A stretch of 64,000 bases of DNA from an uncultured Anaerolineae bacterium. Its GTDB lineage: Bacteria > Chloroflexota > Anaerolineae > Aggregatilineales > UBA3940. Location: assembly GCA_964439625.1 (NCBI GenBank), contig CAYTPI010000019.1:73-64072 (forward strand). Reading direction: 5' to 3'. Of this stretch, positions 26,760 through 35,495 are shown piece by piece. A model generated the notes under the pieces. It saw only the letters and a list, made by a program, of their open reading frames with translations, had not been told where the DNA came from and searched no databases. The translations under genes and the position numbers were made by a program. Every line of letters starts with the position of its first letter. The first letter of the stretch is position 1.

Positions 26760-28097
26760 CTACGGCAGTACGCGGTTGAGCATGCGCGGGAAGGGGATCG
26801 TCTCGCGTAGATGGTTGATGCCGCATAGCCATGTGACGGTGCGCTCGACGCCCAGCCCGAAGCCAGCGTGCGGCACGCTGCCATAGCGTCGCAGATCAAG
26901 GTACCACTGGTAGTCTTCTTTGTTGACTCCGAACGCTTCGATGCGCTGTTCGAGTAGGGCTAGGTCAGCGATGCGCTCGCTGCCCCCGGTGATCTCGCCG
27001 TAGCCTTCCGGTGCCAGCATATCCACGCTGCGGCAAATTTCAGGCCGACCCGCTACCGGGGTCATGTAGAAGGCCTTGACCGCCGTTGGGTAGTGGTAGA
27101 CAAAGATTGGCGTCTCGTATAGCTCTGTGAGGGCTGTCTCGTGCGGCGAACCGAAGTCCTCGCCCCATTCAATCTTGAGCAGCGCTTTCTTTTCGGAGTC
27201 TGCTTCAGCCTCGTAGAGTGCTTGCAGCTTGGCAACGGCGTCATCATAACTGATGCGCGGGAAGGGCGCTTTGACCTTCTCTAGCGGGGCCGTGTCGCGC
27301 TCTAAAACAGCCAGTTCGTTCTGGCGCTCGTTAAGCACCGTCTGCACGATATAGCTGACAAACTGTTCTTCGGCGTCCATCAGGTCTTCGAGGCTGTAGA
27401 AGGCCATCTCCGGCTCCACCATCCAGAATTCGGTCAGGTGGCGGCGCGTCTTAGATTTTTCCGCCCGGAAGGTCGGCCCGAAGCAGTAGACTTTGCCAAA
27501 CGACATGATATTGGCCTCGTTGTACAACTGCCCTGTCTGTGATAAGTAGGTTGGGTCGCCAAAATAATCGACCTCGAACAGGTTGGTGGTGTTCTCACCG
27601 GCAGTTGGGGTAATGATCGGCGTGTCCATGTTGAGGTAGCCGTTGTCATCCAGCCAATTGCGGATCGCCTTGATCACCGTAGCGCGGATGCGTAACACGG
27701 CCCACTGCTGTGACGAGCGCAGCCACAGGTGACGATTGTCCATCAAGAACTCGATGCCGTGATCTTTCGGCTGAATTGGGTACTCCTCGGCGATCTGGTA
27801 GATTTCCAGCCCACTGACGCCGACCTCGAACTTGCCCGGTACACCCGGTGCGCGATCATCAGCGCGGACGGTGCCTGTGATGCTCAGGGCGGACTCTTGC
27901 GTCAGTGTTTGGGCTTCCTCGAATAATTCCTCGCTAACATCGCCCTTGAACACGACGCATTGTACAATGCCCGTGCCGTCGCGCACTTGAATGAACTGTA
28001 GTTTGCCTTTGCCTGTCCTATTGTAGACCCAACCACGCAGTGTGACTGCTTGCCCGTCGTAGTCGGCGATGTTCTCTATACTGATTAACTCTGCCAC
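26760..28097 (-). CDS. asnS: asparagine--tRNA ligase
   Basis: It has '[22 protein letters not shown]' (OB fold), '[24 protein letters not shown]' (class II motif 2, AsnRS-type) and '[15 protein letters not shown]' (motif 3). At 445 aa the length is AsnRS-like. Confidence 0.85.
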   Translation of the reverse strand: MAELISIENIADYDGQAVTLRGWVYNRTGKGKLQFIQVRDGTGIVQCVVFKGDVSEELFEEAQTLTQESALSITGTVRADDRAPGVPGKFEVGVSGLEIYQIAEEYPIQPKDHGIEFLMDNRHLWLRSSQQWAVLRIRATVIKAIRNWLDDNGYLNMDTPIITPTAGENTTNLFEVDYFGDPTYLSQTGQLYNEANIMSFGKVYCFGPTFRAEKSKTRRHLTEFWMVEPEMAFYSLEDLMDAEEQFVSYIVQTVLNERQNELAVLERDTAPLEKVKAPFPRISYDDAVAKLQALYEAEADSEKKALLKIEWGEDFGSPHETALTELYETPIFVYHYPTAVKAFYMTPVAGRPEICRSVDMLAPEGYGEITGGSERIADLALLEQRIEAFGVNKEDYQWYLDLRRYGSVPHAGFGLGVERTVTWLCGINHLRETIPFPRMLNRVLP

Positions 28098-28215
28098 CGC
28101 AAGTCTCTTTCTATACTGGGGAGTGTGTTAGCGTTATTGTAGCGCAAAGTGACACTGGCAATGGTTTAAGTCGCAGAGTCCGTGTAAGTGAGCTGTCTTC
28201 GTGAAAGTGAAATGT

Positions 28216-28518
28216 ATGAATATCGCATTATTTTGGTCGGCTGTCTTCATCATCCTTGGCGCGGTACTGGCAACCTTGGGCGTCATCGTCTTGGTTCATA
28301 GGCGGGTGGCGATCAACGTGATGGGCCTTCAACTGACTTACGGTGCAGGCCGTGCGGTGGTATTTGGCTTCTCGTTGATCAGCGGGAGTATGTTCATGGT
28401 CTTGTCTGGTATACGCGCTCAGTATGAGTTGTTTTGCGTCGGTGCCACGTTGCTGCTGTTACTGAACCCCTCGTTTGGGCTGCTGGCATTCATCAAGCAG
28501 TACCGCCGTAAACCTTGA
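28216..28518 (+). CDS. hypothetical small membrane protein (3 TM)
   Basis: The ORF has three hydrophobic segments. No family was recognised. Confidence 0.35.
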   Translation: MNIALFWSAVFIILGAVLATLGVIVLVHRRVAINVMGLQLTYGAGRAVVFGFSLISGSMFMVLSGIRAQYELFCVGATLLLLLNPSFGLLAFIKQYRRKP

Positions 28519-28587
28519 TATTGTGCAAGCCCGGCACAGTACGGTACCCTTCTTGCGCAAAAATTCTGACCACCTACTGGAGTTTCC

Positions 28588-30030
28588 ATGACGATCCGCT
28601 TCGGCACCGATGGTTGGCGTGCCGTCATCTCAGAAACGTTCACCTTTAACAATTTACGCATTCTGTCGCAGGCCATCGCTGATATGGTTCGTAACGACGT
28701 CCTAAAAATCAACGAGCAGGAAGACCCACATGTCGTCGTTGGTTTTGACACACGCTTCCTCTCTGACCGTTACGCGCTTGAAGTCGCCCGTGTAATGGCA
28801 GCGAATGGCATCAAAGCGTTGTTGACCAATAAAGACTGCCCTACGCCGACGTTGTCATGGGCGGTCAAAAATACGGGTGCTTCGGCGGGCATTATGGTGA
28901 CCGCCAGCCACAACGCGCCGCGTTACAACGGCATCAAACTGAAGGCGTCCTTCGGGGGCGGCATCAGCAAAGAGACCAGCCGTTTGGTGGAGTCTTACTT
29001 AGAGCGTAATGAAGCGCGTGCGCGTGGCCCCAACTTGATCGACTATGATTTTGGCGAGAAGCGCGGCATGATCGAGCGTTACAACCCAGCCCCCAGCTAC
29101 TACCAACACCTCCGCAGTTTGATCGATCTAGACGCGATCTGTGCGGCTGACCCCGGTGTGGTGCATGATGCCATGTATGGCTCAGGGCGGGGGTACATTC
29201 GGGCGCTGCTGGGTGGAGTCGGCTGCCAGATACATGAGATCCGTGGCGAGATGAACCCCGGCTTTGGTGGCATTCACCCTGAGCCGATCTATAAATATTT
29301 GGGTGCGCTGGCTGCCGCTATCCAATCGACGTCGGGCAATGTGGGCGTCGCCACCGATGGCGACGCAGACCGTATCGGCGCCATGGATGAGAATGGTCGC
29401 TTCATTGATCCGCATCACATCATGGCGCTGACGCTTAAGTATCTCGTCGAAGAGCGCAAGATGAGCGGCACGGTTGTGCGCACTGTCTCGACAACGCGCA
29501 TGTTGGATCGCTTATGCGACAAGTACGGCCTGCCTTTGGTTGAAACACCCGTGGGCTTCAACCACATCGCTGACTTGATGATGAATGATGACGTGTTGAT
29601 CGGCGGCGAGGAGTCCGGCGGCATCAGCATTAAGGGGCATATCCCTGAAGGCGATGGCGTTCTGATGGCGCTGCTGCTTCTAGAGATCGTCGCTACAAGT
29701 GGCAAAACTTTGGGTAAATTAATCGATGAGCTACGCGACGAGGTTGGGCAGACTTTCTATGCCCGTACCGACCTGCGCCTCAAGCGTGCCGTTCATAAGA
29801 GTGAAATAGTTAAACGCCTCTCTGAGGACGCACCCAAGCAGATCGCCGGGATCAACGTGACACAGGTCTCGACGACCGATGGGGCCAAGTACATCATGGA
29901 AGACGAAAGCTGGCTGTTGATTCGCCCAAGTGGCACCGAGCCGGTGCTGCGCGTCTATGCTGAAGGGCGCAGCCAAGAAGGGCAGGCTGGTCTGTTGGCT
30001 TACGGTGAACAGATTGCCGAGAGTGTGTAG
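28588..30030 (+). CDS. alpha-D-phosphohexomutase (phosphoglucomutase/phosphomannomutase family)
   Basis: It has the active-site loop 'TASHNAPRYNGIKL', the metal loop 'ATDGDADRIG', the sugar loop 'GGEESGG' and an RBS-like GGAG upstream. Confidence 0.9.
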   Translation: MTIRFGTDGWRAVISETFTFNNLRILSQAIADMVRNDVLKINEQEDPHVVVGFDTRFLSDRYALEVARVMAANGIKALLTNKDCPTPTLSWAVKNTGASAGIMVTASHNAPRYNGIKLKASFGGGISKETSRLVESYLERNEARARGPNLIDYDFGEKRGMIERYNPAPSYYQHLRSLIDLDAICAADPGVVHDAMYGSGRGYIRALLGGVGCQIHEIRGEMNPGFGGIHPEPIYKYLGALAAAIQSTSGNVGVATDGDADRIGAMDENGRFIDPHHIMALTLKYLVEERKMSGTVVRTVSTTRMLDRLCDKYGLPLVETPVGFNHIADLMMNDDVLIGGEESGGISIKGHIPEGDGVLMALLLLEIVATSGKTLGKLIDELRDEVGQTFYARTDLRLKRAVHKSEIVKRLSEDAPKQIAGINVTQVSTTDGAKYIMEDESWLLIRPSGTEPVLRVYAEGRSQEGQAGLLAYGEQIAESV

Positions 30031-30218
30031 TTAGAGGATGGCAATCAACCTCCACCTTACATCACTTGCTAGCTGCCATAAGCTGCTTCAAGTTTGTACG
30101 AGGTTTGCGTTTGAAAGGTAAACTAACGTGTCCTCTCTACGAGCCTGAACTGAGATGATGCGCTAGGTCGGGCTATTCAACCATTCTAGCTCGTTTGGCT
30201 GCATGTCCTGGCTATCTC

Positions 30219-30563
30219 TCAGATTTCAGACGACCCCATTTCTAACGCAGCGATTGCCTCCGCGGCAACATCACTGACGCTGCGGGTGGTGGGCATGCCG
30301 GGCATTGCGCTACGGTCATCGGCGAGATGCGTTTCTAGTAAGCCAATGTGCGAGGCATTCCCCGTGCGTCCGATCAACCAGATAGCGGCGGCTAATACAC
30401 CGCTCTGTTCATGCTGGAGCAGCGGTAGTGCGTGCGGCAGGGTCGCTTTACCAAATGATTCAAGCTTGAAAGCTGCTTCCCAACGGCGGCGTAGGTGATT
30501 ATCTGTAACGATTGCAATCAAATGCGGCTGGCTGATCTGCGGTGTGAGGTCGTCTGGTGCCAA
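30219..30563 (-). CDS. hypothetical HEAT-repeat-like protein (start uncertain)
   Basis: 'ATLPHALPLLQHEQSGVLAAAIWLIGRTGNASHIGLLETHLADD' resembles PBS-lyase HEAT repeats. The ORF opens at 30698 but would overlap the upstream lipoprotein gene by 116 nt, so TTG at 30563 is the first non-overlapping start. Confidence 0.3.
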   Translation of the reverse strand: MAPDDLTPQISQPHLIAIVTDNHLRRRWEAAFKLESFGKATLPHALPLLQHEQSGVLAAAIWLIGRTGNASHIGLLETHLADDRSAMPGMPTTRSVSDVAAEAIAALEMGSSEI

Positions 30564-30582
30564 GATAAGATTAACGCGCCAC

Positions 30583-31275
30583 TCATTCGTTGAAGATGCT
30601 CCAAACAAGGTCTGTGCCGACGATGTTGTCGTTGAAGCGCTCAACGGTTTCACCCGTGCCGCAGGCTTCCACTTGGAAGTCCCAAAAACCCTCGGCAATG
30701 CTCAATTCAACGAAGGTGTTCGGTGGGATTGTTTGATCCGATGCAAGGCGATCCTGGCCCCATTCACCTGTGCCGTTGGGCCGGGCGTACAAGAAGCACA
30801 ATTCTCTATCCGATAGATTTTCGATGGTCAGGTTGGCTGGATCCAACTCAAAAGTAAAGTCACCCCCATCTAGCTCGATGTTATATATCCCCAAGATAAC
30901 GTTACCAAAGCAATCAATGGCGATCACATCATAGAAGCCGTAGACAATCGCTGAAATAGTGTAGGAGCCGCCGGGCGGCACGGTGACATCGCGTAGTTGG
31001 TTGCCAAACGTCGGCTGCCCGGTCTCGTCGATCAAGAATTCACAGGTTTCGATGCCCGTGCGGTTGATCAACTCAATCGATGATTGAACGGCAGGGGTCG
31101 CTGTTGGCACAGGGGTTGCCGTTGGCAGTGGGGTTGGAGTCAGTGTCGGTGTTGGTATGGGCGTGGGTGTTGGTGTTGGCTCTGGTGCCAGAAAACCGCC
31201 GCAGGCTAATGATGCAAGGGCAAGGGCCAAGGCTGGGAACAACAACAGCGAGCGCTTCTTGGATTGGGCGAACAT
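30583..31275 (-). CDS. lipoprotein with PT-rich linker and two internally duplicated Cys-pair domains
   Basis: The lipobox LACG is followed by the linker 'PTPTPTPIPTPTLTPTPLPTATPVPTATP'. Two ~75-aa repeats follow, each with C...C (CEFLIDE...AIDCFGN and CFLYARP...VEACGTG). Confidence 0.6.
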   Translation of the reverse strand: MFAQSKKRSLLLFPALALALASLACGGFLAPEPTPTPTPIPTPTLTPTPLPTATPVPTATPAVQSSIELINRTGIETCEFLIDETGQPTFGNQLRDVTVPPGGSYTISAIVYGFYDVIAIDCFGNVILGIYNIELDGGDFTFELDPANLTIENLSDRELCFLYARPNGTGEWGQDRLASDQTIPPNTFVELSIAEGFWDFQVEACGTGETVERFNDNIVGTDLVWSIFNE

Positions 31276-31340
31276 GTTCTTCTCCTCTTTGGGGTGTCCA
31301 TGTTTGGGTTAATAAGAATAAAACTGAATGTACTAGGAGC

Positions 31341-31422
31341 CTATCCATAAATTCGCTACGCTCATTTTGGAATGGGCTTGATTAGGTATCTCCCGCAAAT
31401 TGCTGATGCAATTTATGGATAG
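31341..31422. repeat. 13-bp perfect inverted repeat spaced 56 nt apart in a 383-nt intergenic region
   Basis: ctatccataaatt (31341-31353) and aatttatggatag (31410-31422). Confidence 0.6.
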
Positions 31423-31658
31423 ATAGTAGTGTAACCACAGAAGGTTCACATATCACTGCATGCGAATGAATTCCCACGATATCAATTATTTCCCCATAAT
31501 AATATTTTCGCGATTGTACTAAAGAGCATTATAGTGCATCTGCCAACGTGGACAACTGACCCACTAGTCGGGAGCCGGGGCTGTTGGGCATGCCTCAGGA
31601 CGAACGACGAGGCGCTGTTCCGCCAGCCCCTTGAGGGTTTATCGCCACAACAGTGACT

Positions 31659-32453
31659 TCAATCCGCTGCGCCACTGGCAATAGATGTGGTGTTTCGCTC
31701 CCAGATAGTCCGCAGCCCTTCGAGCGTCAAGTTAGGGGCAACAATGTCGATCACGGTGACGCTCTCTTTGAAGACCGGTGCCAACCCACCAGTGGCGATC
31801 ACTTTGACTGCACCGCTGCTTAGTTCTCCCTTGATCTGCATAATCAACCCGCTGATCATGTGACTGTAGCCGAGAAACAGGCCGCTTTGCATGGCGGTGA
31901 CGGTGTTGCGACCGATTGCGCTGGGTGGTGGTTCAAGGTCAACAGAACGCAAGAGTGCAGCGCGGTTGACGAGGGCGTCATGTGCAAGGCCGATGCCAGG
32001 GGAAATCGCCCCGCCGATGTAGGCTCCATCTTCCCGAATGGCGTCGAAAGTTGTTGCTGTGCCAAAATCGACGCAGATGGCAGGGCCACCATACAAGTTA
32101 TGGATGGCTGCTGCATTCACGATGCGGTCTGGGCCGACTTCGCTGGGATTGTCTACATCCAGCTTGATGCCTGTGTCGGTTTCTGGCCCGACCACCAGCG
32201 GTTTCAAGCCAAGGTAGTCTTGGCACAATTTGCGAAAGGTTGCGGTTAAACCCGGCACGACGCTGGCGAGTACAATCGCATCAACCGCGTCGAAGGCAAA
32301 GCCGCGGCTTTCAAAAAAGCTGTTCAGCAGTACGGCATACTCGTCACCCATTTTTTCATGGATGGTGCGCGCCCGCCAGGCAGCCCGCCACGCCTCTTGA
32401 TCATAGAGGCCAAAGTGCAAGTTGGTATTGCCAATGTCGATTGTCAGCAGCAT
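31659..32453 (-). CDS. coaX: type III pantothenate kinase
   Basis: 'MLLTIDIGNTNLHFGLY', 'GPDRIVNAAA' and 'VDFGTATTFD' are CoaX motifs. The true start is ATG 32453, and the 71-codon upstream extension of the ORF is rejected. Confidence 0.9.
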   Translation of the reverse strand: MLLTIDIGNTNLHFGLYDQEAWRAAWRARTIHEKMGDEYAVLLNSFFESRGFAFDAVDAIVLASVVPGLTATFRKLCQDYLGLKPLVVGPETDTGIKLDVDNPSEVGPDRIVNAAAIHNLYGGPAICVDFGTATTFDAIREDGAYIGGAISPGIGLAHDALVNRAALLRSVDLEPPPSAIGRNTVTAMQSGLFLGYSHMISGLIMQIKGELSSGAVKVIATGGLAPVFKESVTVIDIVAPNLTLEGLRTIWERNTTSIASGAAD

Positions 32454-32567
32454 GGTTCGATTCTTTATCGTAAAATTAGATATGCTCTGATTATCCCAAT
32501 AAGGTGGGTGTCCTGACAACCTCAACTTTGGCATACTCAGCTTAGCGTAACTAAGGAAGGTGAACCG

Positions 32568-33152
32568 ATGCAGGTACAACTGCCCGCAGATGAATTCCGC
32601 TATACGCTGATGTGCACAGCGCTGCATACACTTGGCGGGGTTGGGACTGCTTTTACGTGGACGCAAAGCGATGGGTCGCTGCTGTCGGTGCTGGTGATTG
32701 GGTTGGCTGCACTGACCTTGCTGCTGGCCCTCACGTGGATCGTCAGTGTGTGGTACATGCCGCTGGGCCTATGGCTGGTGTGGCCCCTCTTCACCGCTGT
32801 TGGATGGGCATTATCCGGGGTATTGGTCGCTGTTTATCTGTTTGTGTTTACAATTCCAATGGTTTGGTTTGCCCCTATCATTGGCCTGCTGTTGTTTACG
32901 GGCATCAGCATGACAATTGCGATCTTCCAGTGGCAGGCGATGATCTTCGTCAAGCTGGCGCCGTCGTTTTACTGGGTCTGGACGAACGTCTTGGGCTGGG
33001 GCTTTGGCTGGCTGCTGGGGTTTGGGTTGGGCTACCCGCTGTACCGCTTTATTGACCCTGCGGTGGGCTACCTCGCTGGGGCGGTTGTGATGGGCGGCGT
33101 TATCGGGTTGTTTCAGGGAGTTGGCTTACCGCAAGCCCTGCGCGAGGGCTAG
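32568..33152 (+). CDS. hypothetical membrane protein (about 6 TM, W/G-rich)
   Basis: GGAAGGTG RBS. It is hydrophobic throughout. No family was recognised. Confidence 0.45.
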   Translation: MQVQLPADEFRYTLMCTALHTLGGVGTAFTWTQSDGSLLSVLVIGLAALTLLLALTWIVSVWYMPLGLWLVWPLFTAVGWALSGVLVAVYLFVFTIPMVWFAPIIGLLLFTGISMTIAIFQWQAMIFVKLAPSFYWVWTNVLGWGFGWLLGFGLGYPLYRFIDPAVGYLAGAVVMGGVIGLFQGVGLPQALREG

Positions 33153-33266
33153 CTGCTTCTGGCTTCTTCGCCGTGCCAAAGCATGTACCAGCCCTACTTG
33201 TTTTCTTTTGACGTTGTTTGCAGTCACTCTAACGGTGCATATATTTCTCGTCACCGGAGAAGGCGC

Positions 33267-33953
33267 TTAAACGTCAACCCGACGCAGAACAGTGAAGGTC
33301 GTCTCTTTGATCAACTCGAAGCCCAGTTTCTCATAGGCGGCAATGGCTGGTGCATTGTCTGCGAAGGCATGCAGGAAGGGGGTCTTGCCTGCTTGCATAA
33401 TCACCTGCATCACCTTGCTGCTGAGGATGCTGGCAAGCCCCTGCCGCCGATGGTCAGGGTGGGTACACACCGCACTGATCTCCACGTAATCGTCGAGCGC
33501 TAAGCGCTGACCCGCCATAGCAATCAACTGACCCGCCACCCGTACCCCGAAGTAGCGCCCCAGCAAGTAGGTGCGGGCTTCAAACGGGCCTGGCTCCGTC
33601 AGCGCCACCAAGGCTTGCATAGCGGGGGCATCGGCTGCACCTAACTCAATGATTGCCGTCTGGCTGGTGTCAACGGGCATTGGGTCGGTACACAGCATCC
33701 GCACGCCTCTGCCTTCACGCTCAAACACCCAATAGGGCGACTCAAGTCCGTCTAAGCTCCCAACAGCTGCTGTGTCACCGGGTTGGTGCAGCATGGCTAG
33801 GTCTCGCAGCGTGTCCTCAGCCACATATTTGACGGCTGTAATCGGTGAGATATCGGCTGGGTAGCGGACCGCGTTGCCTTCGCGCACAGCCAAATGCTGA
33901 TGCGGGCCAGTCAGGGCGTACCATGCCGGGTTCTCTAGCTGTTCGCGTGACAT
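33267..33953 (-). CDS. GNAT family N-acetyltransferase (FR47-like)
   Basis: It has the acetyl-CoA site 'VCTHPDHRRQGLASILSSKV' and 'NAPAIAAYEKLGF'. Its ATG directly abuts the stop of the upstream GT-C gene (TGAATG). Confidence 0.75.
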   Translation of the reverse strand: MSREQLENPAWYALTGPHQHLAVREGNAVRYPADISPITAVKYVAEDTLRDLAMLHQPGDTAAVGSLDGLESPYWVFEREGRGVRMLCTDPMPVDTSQTAIIELGAADAPAMQALVALTEPGPFEARTYLLGRYFGVRVAGQLIAMAGQRLALDDYVEISAVCTHPDHRRQGLASILSSKVMQVIMQAGKTPFLHAFADNAPAIAAYEKLGFELIKETTFTVLRRVDV

Positions 33954-35495
33954 TCATTCCACCTCGATGACTCGGTATATGCTGACCGGGTCTTGCTCCT
34001 GCCAGCTTTCGGTTGTGTACACATGCTCAAGAGTGGTGCCATTTGGTCCCTCGATTGCCACACCGGCACCCAGCCACTCGACGATGTAGATCGGTGTTTG
34101 TGCCGCCCACCATGCCTCGAAGCGCTCGCGCTGTTCGGCGCTGTTTGGGTTGTTCAAGTGCATATCACTGAGGCGTGGGCCGAGGTGCGTCCGGGTATGT
34201 AAGATGGTGGTGTTGTGCCCGACACCGGTTACCCGTCCAGTCTGCACTTCGTCCATGAAATAACGCACCACGTCTTGGTAGCGATAGCCACTGGTTGTGT
34301 CGGTGATATACACACGGTAGTCATAGGTGGTCAGGTTGGCTTCTGGTGGGTTTTGGTATAAGTGTCTATTGAATGCGATCATCGGCGTTACCGTGATGAG
34401 CAAGGCGGCTGGTAGTGCCCAACGTGTATCAAAACGCTCTGCGCTCGCTGTCAAACCGATAGCTGCCAGCACCACAAACGCGGCGGTATTTGGCAGCAGG
34501 TAGCGTGTGGCGATATCGTCGGTGGCGGTTGGGCGGCTGGCGAGCACGGGCACGAGCGCAAAGGCCACGGCTGGTACCAGCAGAAACAGTACAGCTTGCC
34601 AGCGATGCTGATCAGTAGTAGCGAAGATGACAGCGCCGAAGGCAAACAGCAGCATAGCGGGGCCAGCATACTTCCAGCCGATTTCGAGCAGTACGCCGAT
34701 ATCCCGTGGGGTGCGTTGAAGAAAAGCCTGCAACCCAAAGCGACCCATACCCGTGTTAGCATAGCGGAAGGTGTGCGTGTCGTGTGGGGTGGTGCCTGCC
34801 ACTGCTGCTATCTGGTAGATTGCTAACGTCAGGCCAACGGCTGTGATGATCGACACGGCTGCGATCAAAACGCCCTTAGCCAACCGCGGATTCCGCCAGG
34901 TGTTAGGTGCCTGCTTCAGTATTCCAAAAGCGATTAAGGCGACCAAGGGCATGACCAAATACGGTGCGGCGGCGGGCTTGGTCAGCAGGGCGGCTGCGAA
35001 CGAGAGCGTCAACGGGAGGGCCAACCACCAGCGCGGGCGGTGTGCTAGATGCAGTGAAGCCACCAGCGTCAGCGTGCCGAAGGCTACCATCATGGGGTCA
35101 ACTAGGGCCTGCCGCTCATGGAACACCGCCATCGGCAGTAGGGCGTAGAGCACACCCGCGACAGCTCCAGTTAGGCGGTTGTCGAGCAGGCGGCCCAGCG
35201 TGATGCAGCCCGCCATACTGACTGCGGCAAACAGTACGGTCAGGTAGCGTGCGAGCCAAGGTCCCTCAGGCCCAGTCGGGTTGAACTGCGCCAGCGTAAA
35301 AACATAGAGCCACTTGTTCTGTTCCAAGCCGTCGAAGGTGTCGCCCGCCATCACCACGTTGTGCGCCCGAGCGAGGTGTAGTACCTCATCGGTGAACATC
35401 GGCAGGGCCATCACGCGGTGCAGCCGCAGCAGCGCGCCCACACATATAATGATGACGGCACACCAGGTCAGTGTGTTGGGTCGCAGGCGGGGCAT
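33954..35495 (-). CDS. GT-C fold (ArnT/PMT-like) membrane glycosyltransferase-like protein, short form
   Basis: It has 'LPMFTDEVLHLARA', 'EQNKWLY', 'NPTGPEGPWLARYLTVLFA' and 'FHERQALVDPMM'. Its start overlaps the upstream stop (TAATG). Confidence 0.7.
   Translation of the reverse strand: MPRLRPNTLTWCAVIIICVGALLRLHRVMALPMFTDEVLHLARAHNVVMAGDTFDGLEQNKWLYVFTLAQFNPTGPEGPWLARYLTVLFAAVSMAGCITLGRLLDNRLTGAVAGVLYALLPMAVFHERQALVDPMMVAFGTLTLVASLHLAHRPRWWLALPLTLSFAAALLTKPAAAPYLVMPLVALIAFGILKQAPNTWRNPRLAKGVLIAAVSIITAVGLTLAIYQIAAVAGTTPHDTHTFRYANTGMGRFGLQAFLQRTPRDIGVLLEIGWKYAGPAMLLFAFGAVIFATTDQHRWQAVLFLLVPAVAFALVPVLASRPTATDDIATRYLLPNTAAFVVLAAIGLTASAERFDTRWALPAALLITVTPMIAFNRHLYQNPPEANLTTYDYRVYITDTTSGYRYQDVVRYFMDEVQTGRVTGVGHNTTILHTRTHLGPRLSDMHLNNPNSAEQRERFEAWWAAQTPIYIVEWLGAGVAIEGPNGTTLEHVYTTESWQEQDPVSIYRVIEVE

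Noticed and set aside
31659-32666. The 335-aa version of the coaX ORF.
   Set aside because: The 71 N-terminal codons have no homology pattern. The canonical CoaX start MLLTIDIGNTN begins at ATG 32453, and the long form would overlap the divergent gene at 32568.
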